A stretch of DNA of 64,000 nt from Eukaryota sp. TZLM1-RC (taxonomy: Eukaryota; Protista; Metamonada: BaSk clade). The stretch is from positions 554,604 to 618,603 of the forward strand of contig JAUPSS010000010.1 of the NCBI GenBank assembly GCA_040285825.1, given 5' to 3'. Positions 10,620 through 21,744 of the stretch are shown one piece after another; within the stretch, counting starts at the first letter, position 1, and every line of letters begins with the position of its first letter. The position numbers and the translations under genes are program-made. The notes under the pieces were generated by a model, which had not been told where the DNA came from, made no database searches, and saw nothing but the letters and a program-made list of their open reading frames with translations.

Positions 10620-12096
10620 CTGTGTTTATTTTGATAAACAAAGGATTAGATACAAGATCACAATCAACAGCACTTGTTTCGGTGGTGATTGACTTTTTGA
10701 TTTCAGCAAATTGATCCAGTAGTACTGCTTTGAATTGAGTTACGGCAATTAAGAAGTTTGTTCCTCTGAGAGCCAGATCCCTTTTGAGTTGAAAATGACT
10801 ACCTTCAACTCTAGAGGTCGTATAATTGCCCAAATGAGTTACTTCATCAATCTTAAACTTAATGAAATGCTGATAGTAGACCAACCAGTTTTTTATATAA
10901 GTAACCACTTCATCAAACAATTGTTGAGTTTCCGTGGGTTCTTGGTCCTGTTGAACAGAATATTGAATTTCCAAAAATTCTTGGGCACATTCGTACTCTT
11001 GTTCGGTGGTGCTGTTGACTAAAATCATCCAGTCTCTCCAAAATTCATCCCATAAATCTTCTCTTGTTGCAGATTTGAAAACTTGGATGTTTCGGTTGAT
11101 GTGCCACAGGCATAGGATGTTTAAGCTTTGAGGAAATAGCATTTTAATGGAGTTCATTAGCGCCAGTTCACGATCTGTAATGATGGCAGCAGGGCTTACT
11201 CCAAATATTTCAATGTACGTTGATAAAGCAAAAAAGTAATAGTCAGTTCGTTCTCTTTTTAAAAAGCAAAACGCAGAATAAAAGTTTTTGTTAGTACCAG
11301 TAATTCCAATAATAGAGAGCAGCGGCATCTTAAAAGCATTTGTCTTATAAGTGGCATCCATGATCAAGACAGTTGGGTAGCGTTTAGTGAGTTCGATGGA
11401 TTTTCGATGACAAAAAAAGAGGGCTACTGAAGTGTTATTTTCCAGATCAACTAAATCCTGATCATCTTGATGAACCTCAATATCTGGAGATGCAGAGCGA
11501 ATTGTAGAATAAGTTGCGTTACGAAAGACGAAGTCATCACTCAAGTTGTTGATCAAATATTCCAGCGGAGAGTTATCTCCGATCAAATCACGTTTTTTCC
11601 GATTCTTTAAGTTTGAAATGTCTCTTTTAGAAATAGAAATCTCAGGATGAGAACTTTTAAAGTCACGTTGAGCTATTCTTGGAACTGTTGTAATATTAAT
11701 AGATTCGACAGCTGTTCTTTTTATTTCTGGTGAGCCCCACCTGTGTTGTGGCAGAAAGGATACATATCATAGACGTTCATGATTGTGTTCTAAGCAAAAA
11801 GCAGTATAATTAACATCAACAACCCACTGTTCATTCAATCTGATAACTCTAATCTTCCATAAACACTGGGTCTTCAAAGTGGTGCAAACTCTGCGACGAG
11901 AACCTTCTGGTAACGGTTGATACTTTCCAGAGCGAGAACAAACTACATATCCATGACCATATTGTTCTTTAAATCCTGATTTGTTGACAGCAAATGATTG
12001 TTCTTTGGCCCAGTTTTGAATGGCAAGAAAGAGTTCAGAAGAAGTGGAAAAAGAACCAACTTCAGATGGTAGGTCTGTTGTGAAAGAGGACGACAT
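10620..12096 (-). pseudogene. MULE transposase with one in-frame TGA (11767-11769) and truncated C-terminus
   Basis: FAR1-like DNA-binding region (CSRSG..KTQC..HNH) is in frame with the core MDATYKTN, ITDRELAL, CLWH, TTSRVEGSH; the frame runs into the TIR. Confidence 0.88.
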
Positions 12097-12134
12097 CAAC
12101 GAAAGAGTGAACGAGGGTGGCTGTTTGGAAGGAT

Positions 12135-12240
12135 GCACACGGATAACACAAATTTGCACACGGATAACAAGTGCACACAGATAACACAAATTTGCACACG
12201 GATAACAAGTGCACACGGATAACACAAATTTGCACACGTA
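12135..12240. repeat. subterminal tandem repeats of the MULE (alternating 21- and 17-bp units)
   Basis: gcacacggataacacaaattt / gcacacggataacaagt, about 5 units. Confidence 0.9.
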
Positions 12241-12707
12241 TAACATCACCCACAAATTTATGCATTTCAAATGAAATTCACAGTTGAGTTTCACCTGATT
12301 TTATTTTTCTTAGTGCTGCGGTTCTAAACTAGTTGAAATTTGTTATTTCCATTATTGCATTTTTGTTAGAAGTTACTAACAAGAATGCATTTTAATAGAA
12401 ACATGATGACACTCCTTAACATGTTTGCAATTGTTGAATCCAGAATGAGTAGCAACGATAAAGCCCAATCATTGAGTAGTTGTAGTTTTTGTAACGGAAT
12501 AGTATGGCCGACTTCAAATTGATTGCTAATCACACCATATTTAAGATTGTTTCTGAAAAAAATTGCATTATTGGTTGGTTTAGTGTTGAACTTCGAAAAA
12601 GATAAATAATTACAATATTATTGGAGAGAATACTGTGCAAAACTTATATTCGAGTTAATTTATTCCGAAAAATATATAAAAATAAAAATCTAGTGCAAAG
12701 AAAACAC

Positions 12708-15224
12708 TTAAACTACTTCAACCTTCATTTTGTCATAGAAATCATCAAACTTATAAGGAGACTGAGCAACAATAGACCCCAAATGATTAAACAAAAATGA
12801 AGATAGAACCGAGAGAAGCGAAATACCAATGGAAATTGAAGTCAATAACAAAAGAATCATTTTTCCAGAAAAATATTCAGTATTCAAATTATGTTGTTTC
12901 ATATTGTTTGAATCTATGAGAGTATTTTCTGCAATTTCATTAATTTCATCCTCAATATGATCATTCCAAACCATATTCTGTCTAATTAATTGCTCAATTC
13001 CCTTTTGAATTCCAGAAATTTCGTTAAACTTATCAGTTTTTGCTGTCATTCCCCTATTATTCATGTAAGTTGGTCTTTTTCTTGGCATTGTGACAGCCTT
13101 AGCTCCTGTCCAATCAGTTCGAACAATAGAATCACTTAATCCAAGTTCAGCACCATTACTAGCCATTGAAAGGGTCTTTCTTAATGAATCATCCATATTA
13201 GGATTCACCAAACTTCTGCCTAATGAATGGGTAGCTTCATCACCAGCACCTGAAAACTCCACAATGGTGCTTATAACATCAAAAACAGAAGCCACCCTTG
13301 AATCTCTTGTTCCTGGAGGTGGTATCTTTAACTTTTTCCGTTGTTCTTCCCCTCCAAGGAAAAGAATTATTGAGGTTGTGTAATAAAATTCATCGTGAGT
13401 TGCAATAGGATCTTCTGGACAATTGAGACAAGTAAAAAGGGAATCTGTAGAGACTGCAAACCTTTTCATTTTTGATATCAGACTAAAAACAGCATGATCG
13501 GGTTGAATAACGACAATTGTATTATTAGCCCGCTTTCTCGTTTTTAAATATTCAATAAATCTACCAATAAAATGTTCATCACTATATCGTAAAGTCCTTT
13601 TATAGGCCTCAACTAAATCCTTTGGATGCTGAGAACCTACCTTTTCTGGGTCATCAAACGTGGAGAATGGAAAATGAGTTGAAATTGAAAGAGACCACAG
13701 GAAAAGTGGCTTATTTGGAGATTCTTTATCATATTGGTCAACTCTTTTCTTCATTTGGTCGACCAAAATTCGATCATTATTGAACTTTCTGGTATATCCT
13801 GCACCAGACCAAATAGGAGAATTTTCATATTTATACTGATTTTCATCATTATTTTCTTTTCGTTCTAACCAATTATGTTTACCATCAAAGGCAGGACTAG
13901 CTCCAGACATATAGATTCTTGTATAATTAGCTTTTGACTTTGAAATTAAATTAGGAAATGATTGAAAGTTGACATTTAAAGTCGTTTTAATACTACTTTC
14001 GGTTGGAATTGGTAAAATTTGATTAAACATTGACCACCAAGAATTCGCAGTAGGGCAACTATTTGAAACAACCTGATCATAAACAACACCATGTTGTTTC
14101 CATAATTTATGAAGGTTTGGTGTAGAATCGTCAAAAAATGGATTGGGTGAAGTGGAAAGAAAGTTGCCAGAAACACTTTCCCAAAGTAGAAGGAAGATGT
14201 CTGGTCTTTCAATTTCAAAATAGGGATCAGGTTTGAAATTTTGACATTTGACATCTTTGGGGTAATTTCTGCATAATTTGTTCAATGATCCATGAATCAA
14301 AGGATACTGATGAGACATCCAAAAACGATCTTTCGGAAGGGGGTAAAAATCCCGAATTAATTGATAGTTTGGGTCTAATTTAGGTTCATTTTGAATAGTA
14401 TTAGATGTGGTATTGGGCTGACACTCTGGCAGTTCAGGCAGTTCTGGCAAATGACTACTTTTTGAATAATCAAAACCTTCCCCATAGGAGAACATTACAA
14501 GTTCTGGAGGTACCTTCACTAGTGAAGTGGTTGGTAAAACAAACGAAGAGAAAATGATGACTAAAGAAACAATTGAACAAATTGAAAACAATTTAAAACT
14601 TTTTACTTTTAATTTGGGTAATTTCTTTAAATGAAAAGTTAAAAAAATAACAGTTGTCATCCACACAATTAAAAACACCATTAAAAAGAAAGAGTTGGCA
14701 AAATCAAGATCAAACGCCATTTTAACCACATCAATCATTTTCCCAATCAAACAGGGATCGATGACGTCATCCTTTTGTCCGTCTATCACGTCATCTTGGC
14801 TCAAATACATTCCAATGGTAGAAGGGGAGAGTGTGAGACCAGCAATTGATTGAAGCAATGTGTCGATGAAAGAAGCCAAGATAAGGAGGGTAATGGTAAG
14901 GTAAAGAGTGATATGAAAACCACGGAGTGGAAGTGAGATCAGACTAAATAAAGAAAACAGTAGAGACAGAAAGAGAAAAGCGAATGAAAGGGTCAGCAAG
15001 AAGTAAAAGAGTGAGTCAAATACCAGATGAAGCCGAGTGAAAGTACCAAATGAGAACGATAAGATGATCCAGTGAATGAACTTGAATAAACAAGCAAGAA
15101 GATAGTGAAAAACCCATGAGAAATTCAGAGAGGAAGGATTAATGAATTGGTAGTACACAATACGTCCAAAACGTACAAAAGAGTTAGATGAATAGCTATA
15201 CTTCACGATACATTTCATTGACAT
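12708..15224 (-). CDS. LtaS/OpgB-like alkaline-phosphatase-superfamily (sulfatase-fold) membrane transferase, copy 1
   Basis: About 5 N-terminal TM segments, then PDIFLLLWES, candidate catalytic Thr (SCPTANS), SISTHFPF, LRYSD, TIVVIQPDH and SLGRSL; extra C-terminal TM; 838 aa, uninterrupted. Confidence 0.8.
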   Translation of the reverse strand: MSMKCIVKYSYSSNSFVRFGRIVYYQFINPSSLNFSWVFHYLLACLFKFIHWIILSFSFGTFTRLHLVFDSLFYFLLTLSFAFLFLSLLFSLFSLISLPLRGFHITLYLTITLLILASFIDTLLQSIAGLTLSPSTIGMYLSQDDVIDGQKDDVIDPCLIGKMIDVVKMAFDLDFANSFFLMVFLIVWMTTVIFLTFHLKKLPKLKVKSFKLFSICSIVSLVIIFSSFVLPTTSLVKVPPELVMFSYGEGFDYSKSSHLPELPELPECQPNTTSNTIQNEPKLDPNYQLIRDFYPLPKDRFWMSHQYPLIHGSLNKLCRNYPKDVKCQNFKPDPYFEIERPDIFLLLWESVSGNFLSTSPNPFFDDSTPNLHKLWKQHGVVYDQVVSNSCPTANSWWSMFNQILPIPTESSIKTTLNVNFQSFPNLISKSKANYTRIYMSGASPAFDGKHNWLERKENNDENQYKYENSPIWSGAGYTRKFNNDRILVDQMKKRVDQYDKESPNKPLFLWSLSISTHFPFSTFDDPEKVGSQHPKDLVEAYKRTLRYSDEHFIGRFIEYLKTRKRANNTIVVIQPDHAVFSLISKMKRFAVSTDSLFTCLNCPEDPIATHDEFYYTTSIILFLGGEEQRKKLKIPPPGTRDSRVASVFDVISTIVEFSGAGDEATHSLGRSLVNPNMDDSLRKTLSMASNGAELGLSDSIVRTDWTGAKAVTMPRKRPTYMNNRGMTAKTDKFNEISGIQKGIEQLIRQNMVWNDHIEDEINEIAENTLIDSNNMKQHNLNTEYFSGKMILLLLTSISIGISLLSVLSSFLFNHLGSIVAQSPYKFDDFYDKMKVEVV

Positions 15225-15275
15225 TGGATTGTTTCATATGAGGAAGAGAGAACTTCTCTCAGAGAAGTTTAAATT

Positions 15276-15339
15276 CAGTGTTGTGTCATAACCGAATTTT
15301 CAAACACCATGTGTGCCATGCGCGCATGGCACAACACTG
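15276..15339. mobile_element. 64-bp hAT-like MITE
   Basis: 14-bp TIRs CAGTGTTGTGTCAT / ATGGCACAACACTG (1 mismatch); 8-bp TSD TTTAAATT at 15268-15275 and 15340-15347. Confidence 0.8.
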
Positions 15340-15399
15340 TTTAAATTCATCAGGCTTTTTTAGTGCTCTTTTCCTGACAGGTCCATTTTGTTCAAAAAC

Positions 15400-15625
15400 A
15401 ACATTCTTCGGACTAAAGAATATTCCAATTTTTCAAAACGTAATGATGGAAATTTTTCAAATAGAAGGAGTATTTATTTATATTGACGACATAATCATAA
15501 TAGGAGCAACCCTTCAAGAATTCTTTGACAGAATACAGAGGGTACTGCAATGCGCAAGGAGTAGAAGAGTCAACATTGGATTGAGAAAATGTAAATTCGT
15601 TACTGACAAACAACCAATTGACATT
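15400..15625 (+). pseudogene. Gypsy reverse transcriptase fragment
   Basis: FGLKNIPIFQN..GVFIYIDDIII..KCKF. Contains the empty AATT site (15594-15597) filled in copy 2. Confidence 0.85.
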
Positions 15626-15629
15626 TAAA

Positions 15630-16320
15630 GGGGCACTTTCCGATTTTTTTAACCCCATTGGACTGTAGGCAACAATAATTATCGGCCATTTTAAAGTCAA
15701 GGTATACCACAAATAACCTCAGCATTCAACAAGAAACCAGCCAACCAGATATCTTTATTATGTCAGACATCTACCAGGAAAACTCTGACTCTACTCTTTC
15801 ACTAACTATCATGCATCATCAGGATATACAACCACAACAACATACATCAACCAAAAAGAAGGATGAAAAGGAAACTCACCCACCTCCCTCTTCAAGAAAG
15901 ATGAAGTTGAAAAAGAGCACAAGGTTCCTCTGTCTCCAGACGCGAAAAAGGCAACGAGAACAGACCTGGCTCTCTCCTCTCAAAGAAAAAGAAGAAAAGG
16001 AAGAAGTAATTAGAACGGACCCGGTTCCATCTCCCCTCAAGAAAAACGGATTGTCCATGGAGGTAACGACAACGGACCCGGCTCCCTCTCTTTTTCCAAA
16101 CATTGAATCGGTCACAAAAGGAACGGATGAAAATCCCACCTTAGACACGTCTTCTTTTACTAGGAGAGTATCATGAAATTCAATTTCCACTAGACGAGAT
16201 GGAAGGAAAAGACGACTCATCTGAGAGATTCTATAAGCTGTTGAAAGAGGACGCGGAAGCCTATTTCGAGCCTCAGATCTCTGTCAGTTCGAGCAGCTTC
16301 TTCCTCTTTGTATGGTACGA
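15630..16320 (+). mobile_element. 5' LTR end plus degenerate gag N-terminus
   Basis: LTR-type end GGCAACA at ~15672 followed by ATAATTATCGGCC; downstream sequence is paralogous to 16541-17070. Confidence 0.6.
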
Positions 16321-16324
16321 ACAT

Positions 16325-16412
16325 CAAGAATCTCGTGTATCAAAAAGCCTCTGCTGAAAGAAACACTGTCATTGAATAGTTTTGATTCTGATGATAGAGG
16401 TGATATACACTT
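16325..16412 (+). mobile_element. ~90-bp fragment of subfamily C non-LTR endonuclease region
   Basis: Similar to 28545-28630 (ctgctgaaagaaacact..tctgatgatagaggtgat). Confidence 0.7.
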
Positions 16413-16461
16413 TTTTATTAATAACAAGTAAACAAAAAATTGGAACTCAATTTCCTGAAAA

Positions 16462-18742
16462 TGTTGGTGCCCTAAGGCTTATATGATATGTATAGAAAAT
16501 AAATCAGACTTTCTTTAACCACATTAGCTTTTAGGCAACAATAAATATTGGCCATTTTAAAGTCAAGATTTACCACTAATAACCTCAGCAAACTTCATTA
16601 ACTTACTAACAAAGATGTCTTATCATGTCAAACAAACCAGCACAGGATATCTCTGACATTCAGCAAATCACACCTATGATGCAGCAGGACCCTTTACAAC
16701 CAACATCAAGAATTCAAAAGGACAACGAGGCAGCGGACCCAATATCCTACCTCCTCCTAACCAAATAGAAAAACGAAAGAGTGGACGAGGTCCCTTTTTT
16801 CACAAGAGTAGTTGACCAACCAGAGGTTACGAGAACAGATCCGGTTCCCTCTCCTCTCCCAAATTTAGAATCTGTCAGCAAGGAAACGGATGAAAATCCC
16901 ACCTTAGACATGTCTTCTCCCCTAGGAAAATACAACGAACTCCAATCTCAATTAGAGGATATAAAAGGGGAAAACGACTCACCGGAGGAATTTCATAAGC
17001 TTTCAAAAGAGGTCGCGGAAGCCTACCTCGAACATACAGATTTCTGTCTGTTCGAGCAGCTTCTTCCTCTATGGAGCGCCATTCCAAAACGAGGCAGAAA
17101 CGTTGATTTCCAGCCTCTCGCTATGGTCAGGGATACCCAAAGGATATTAGAAATTTACCCTTAATGAAAAGAATGAGCTTGTCCAAGCTCTCGATAAGTT
17201 AAGCAGAGAGACGTTCGGGGGTAACGCAGAGCGACGTCCCAGACTTTCTGTTATGAACAAAAAAACCAATGAGATAATGACCTTTCCCATTAAGGACAGA
17301 TTGGACTGGAATGCCACTCATTTGGATCACTTCGGCAGAAGAAGGAGATTTCTCTCCATCGAGCAGAGAAGTAGAACAAACTCAAAGGACATTTTTACAA
17401 TCTAAGTCGCCTACCTGGTTTGATCCAAACTTTGATTCAGAGATTCATAATTGTACAGAGTTAACAAACAGTGCTCTCACATATTTGATAGAATTTATGG
17501 AGCAGGAAGACTGTAGTAATTCGTACAAGCTTGAACCAATGACACCCTGGTTCGACGCAGAGGCTCTAAACAATATCCATACGGAACGATTATCAGTATC
17601 CACAAATAGGAGCCGTACCCACAACCAACCACATACAACAACAGTGTAACTCGTTTACGAAAGAACGAAACAATGGCTGACCGGAGACCCATCAATGTCT
17701 CTTCACCTTTCTAAATTGCCAGTAATAGCTCCTATAATAACGGAGAAAGATGAGCCTCTACAGGTTTGCTCAATTGACAGCATACCTGAACACGTTCGAA
17801 CAGTAAACATCCGGATGTTACTCAACAGAACGAATCAACTTAATCTCAACCTATGATAGCCGTAATTGAAGAAAATATTCAGCTGAGCAGGCCAGCTGTT
17901 GATAAAACGGCTCCCCTCAACCTCTTATTAGAACAACTTCCTCTGACAGACCTATGCGTCTCGAGGATCTCTAATTCTGTAGGAAAGCTATAGATATGAG
18001 TATTGCTAGCAGTATCCAGAGACAGATTGATCAACGGTCCAAAGACAGTAACTACAAAAGACCTCATTTGTCCGCAGACGACCCAATCAATAAAATGTCA
18101 ATCATAGCGTTTCTTCTTAAATTTCAGACTTGGGACAAATACGGGCGCAAAATATTAAATAGGAGTTTCGAAGCGCCAAGACAGTCTGATTGGACTAGGG
18201 CCTATCTAATAGCCATCCAGCAATTTGGAGTAAGCCAAACAAAACTTACTCCTGAAAGAATTAGACATCTACCTCCACACATACGAAACGAGATCAACAA
18301 AGACATGGTTCAGCCTTTCGTAAGGATTGAACCAGCTATAATGGGCAAGCTTGGGCCACCGATCCACTATTATGACTTACTTAGGAGCATGATGAGGAGT
18401 ACATTTCCCACATGGATATGAAATATGATTGACCCTAGCCTTCTATCCAGTTGACAAAATCGAGGCCTACTCGGTGTTAGTTACACCGACGCCCATGTCA
18501 TGGTAATTCTATTAAAGAAAACGCAGTTCACCTCCTATCACGGAGCTTACACTGCCCTCATGAAGCCTAGAATATACTGAAGAAATATCCACAATAGGCA
18601 TGAGGCTGACAATAAGTTTCGTCGTTATGTAGAAAACTTCGGAGACGTCTTGGGAATGACCACCTCCATGACTGACCTAACCTGGAAGCAGTGGGTTGAT
18701 TTCCGTATCTCCCGTTTTAATAGCCGAATACTTCCTTCTACA
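16462..18742 (+). mobile_element. 79-bp 5' LTR (16462..16540) plus degenerate gag of a Gypsy element
   Basis: TGTTG..CAACA termini, similar to the LTR at 41300..41380. The 17996 ORF (GKLGPPIHYYDLLRSM) resembles gag of the 48780 element (TKYGQPVHQYDFVRSM). Confidence 0.7.
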
Positions 18743-19215
18743 AGATTCTAAATATCGACCATAACGAGACCTGTGTGCTTGTTGACTTGTAGAACAACAT
18801 TAGTAGAATTTTGCTCGTGATCCCGCGTATTTCTCACAACGACTTTGTTACAATTTTTTTTGGTATTATGGAACCGGCCATCGACTTATTGTCTTCTGGT
18901 CATGGTCTTAGAATTATACAAGAATTAGGATTATGAAAGCACATGCAAGGAAAGACACCAAATGGTGCAATTTACACCTGAGGTTTTCCAGCAAAATCTA
19001 TACACTTTCAGAGCTTTAAGATTGGTTGGTTTAAGACATTTTAATTTATTGCAATATTCAGCTGATTGTGACTTGTTAGAGCCGTAACAACAAAAACAAC
19101 AGCAGCAAGAAACTGTAGATAAAGTCAAGATGCTACATCCATTTGAAGAACCAATAATAAATTAAAATTAATATAGAGATTATTAAAAAAAGCCATATTA
19201 TTTATGGCATCAGAA
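18743..19215 (+). mobile_element. degenerate N-terminal fragment of CRE-like non-LTR element
   Basis: Matches 29203-29680; encodes remnants homologous to TIEKLKILHPYED of the 26119 ORF. Confidence 0.7.
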
Positions 19216-21117
19216 GTTTGTTTGGGTAGGGTCATGACGATGGCAAATAATTCTTTCTGTATTGTAGACAATCTTTCTGGGAAGGAGTCAGTATTTTTCA
19301 ATGAAACGACAGAGGGGCAACATTTTTTTCGGATAGGCAGGTTTCAGGTGTAGAAGAGGAAAGTTCCTTACAGATAATCCCGGCGAAGCCTATTTTGGAA
19401 GCATCGGTAGAGACTAATATTGGAAAAATATCATCAGAAAACTCCAGGGGTACGCTATCAGGTATCATTTTCTTAATATTTTGAAAGCATTCTATTTGTT
19501 GCTGGTTCAAGGTAAACTTGTGGGGTGTTCCCTTTTGCAGTTCAGTCAGCGGAGCTAGTTCAGTATTTACGGCAGGTAACCAATCTCGAACAAAGTTGAT
19601 AGAACCTAGAAATAGACAGAGTTTTGGGACAGTAGTGGGGACTGGAATCTTGTTGAGTTTCTCTATTCTGGAAGGGCAAATTCTTCAAGTACATTTTTCG
19701 AAAATTGTTCCTAACACACGAATTGGATATTCTTGGGTTTGCAAGGCGCATTTGTGAAGGCCAATTAGGACGCGATAGTCACGGGCTCTCATAAATATAT
19801 ACTCTAGGCCGCTCAGAAAGTCAGTTTTCTTTACAGCGGCTACTACAATATCGTTTAGGTAAATAAATACAACGTTGCAATCAAAAATTTGCTTCATTAA
19901 GTTTTGGAAAATTACTTGAACGTTCTTTAGTCCAAGAGCTGCAAAAGTAAACATTACCTTTCTACCTGGGATTACAATAGCGGTCTTGGGTTGATCTTCT
20001 GGTCGTAAGTTTAGTTGCCAAAAGGCTTTGAGTAGATCTAGGGTTGCTGCATAGGTAGCGGACGACAAGAAGGAGCAAACATCTGTAATTCTGGAAAAAT
20101 CAGCTGGGACAGGGACGGTGAGATCATTGATTCCTTTGTGTTCGGAATAATCTTTGTGCCTGGTTGGGGGTACAAACGAGATGGATTGGTGAGGGGAATG
20201 GGCCATCATAAGAGACCGCAAAGCCATTATTCGATAGAGTATCAATTTCTTCATTAGCTATCTTTAGTTTGTCAGGAGGTAAGAATCTTGCTGTTTTACT
20301 AACAACAGATGATTTATCATGGAATTCTAACTTCATTGGTTCACACTTAATTCTTTCAGGAGCGGGCAGTTTGGCAAAGGTATCAGGGTATATAAGTAGT
20401 AGTTTCTTAACTTCTACGGTCAGGGTAGGGTCATTGAGATTGAAACTTGTTTTCTCAATAACAGGTAACTTCTTTAATAGGTCGTCGCTTAGTTCTTGGA
20501 CGAATTCAGGGGCAGTCGAGGTATTGATTAGGTCCTCGCAAGAGCAAACTTTCTGAGAATCAGGTAGAAAACAGTCAGGAACAGATTCATCTTCTTGAAT
20601 CTGTAAGTTATGGGTAGAGAGAAAAATAAAAATTAAATTTTCAATTTAGCTGATAGGACAAGACGTTTTAGGGCGTTACAACCAAGAATGAAATTGTTTG
20701 GGCAGTGTAAAAGACAGAGTCTCAAAACTTTTCTCTGGTTATTAGTCTAAAGAATGTCGGTCTCAGTAATGATTCTTTAGGAAGTTAGCGGAGAAACTGC
20801 TACCTTTTCAACTTCAGAAGCTTCACAGGAGTTCACCCTTTCGTCCTGCAACGTGGCTGCCCGAGACTATTTCAGGACTGTATTTCTAGCACAACGGGCA
20901 GGAAAATAGGGTATCTTCTACTTGGTTATTTGGGGTTGTCTAGAAGAAAAATACGTTAGATCGTGGTGGGAAGGGAAGTCACGGCCAAAGAGGAAGAAGT
21001 CGAAGTTTTCGAAAACATCATCTAGTTTATAGTGATCAGGGTCAGAGTATAATCCGTGAAGACTCTGCGGAGTTGAGATTTCGTCAAAATAATTATCGGA
21101 ATTTATTGCTAGGGGAT
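19216..21117 (-). pseudogene. degenerate Gypsy pol (RT-RNase H) and upstream region
   Basis: TLDLLKAFWQ, GLKN..FQN, FIYLNDIVV and LVSTDAS motifs, with multiple frameshifts. Confidence 0.85.
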
Positions 21118-21744
21118 TCAATAAAATGTTGTAAGCTAAATTGTCGGAGTCAGTTATCTGAAATGAGAAAACTGAACACGGTCAATATAAATGTATTCAA
21201 TTCTGAAATCAATAATGAACGTTGAACCAACGGAGCTTTCTTAAACTGACATTTGGTCCAATTGTTATAGTTGAAAAGCTGCACATAGCACGATCGATCT
21301 TTATAACCATCATAGAGCTCTTCAATTAACAATCAATAACCCAGACATGGTTGACAGTGTCAAGTAGCTGATGAAAAACATCAAAATTTTGAAACCAGAT
21401 GAGTTGGAACTATGAGTAAGTTGTAAAGCACAAAAATTGAATGTTACCGTTCTATTTAAAGCAACTCGTGAACACAAATGTATGTTTTGAAAGCTAAGAC
21501 TAGAATGTAGATATAAGCAAGGTCACAAAAATCACGAATAGAAGGAATGACAGAACGAAATCGCATGAGAATAACATATGTTTATTGAAACGTGGGGTGT
21601 CTACTGTGAGACGTTGAAGACGTTCAAGATTGATTTAGGGAGTGATAAAAAGATGATCTCAACTGAGCTAAAAATTTGTTTTTTTGTCCCTTTTCTCACT
21701 TTTCGTACGTCCCATCGTCACTGATCTCACCTTAGTATATCATT

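Larger units (their letters stand above)
10587..12251 (-). mobile_element. Mutator-like (MULE) DNA transposon, internally deleted
   Basis: TIRs (..atgttatacgtgtgcaaatttgtgttatc), 9-bp TSD ACAAATTTA at 10578-10586 and 12252-12260, empty site at 45434-45442. Confidence 0.93.
7527..21117. repeat. segmental duplication, copy 1 (direct repeat of ~42378..61181)
   Basis: Same ORFs in the same order with near-identical sequence; offsets 34860, 33182 and 40073 change at the copy-specific insertions. Confidence 0.95.

Noticed and set aside
12135-12240. CRISPR-like short repeats
   Set aside because: No unique spacers; these are subterminal repeats of the MULE, mirrored at its other end, in eukaryotic DNA.
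15278-15628. 116-aa gene (and the 125-aa ORF at 48460)
   Set aside because: Chance read-through of MITE, spacer and RT fragment (plus LTR in copy 2).
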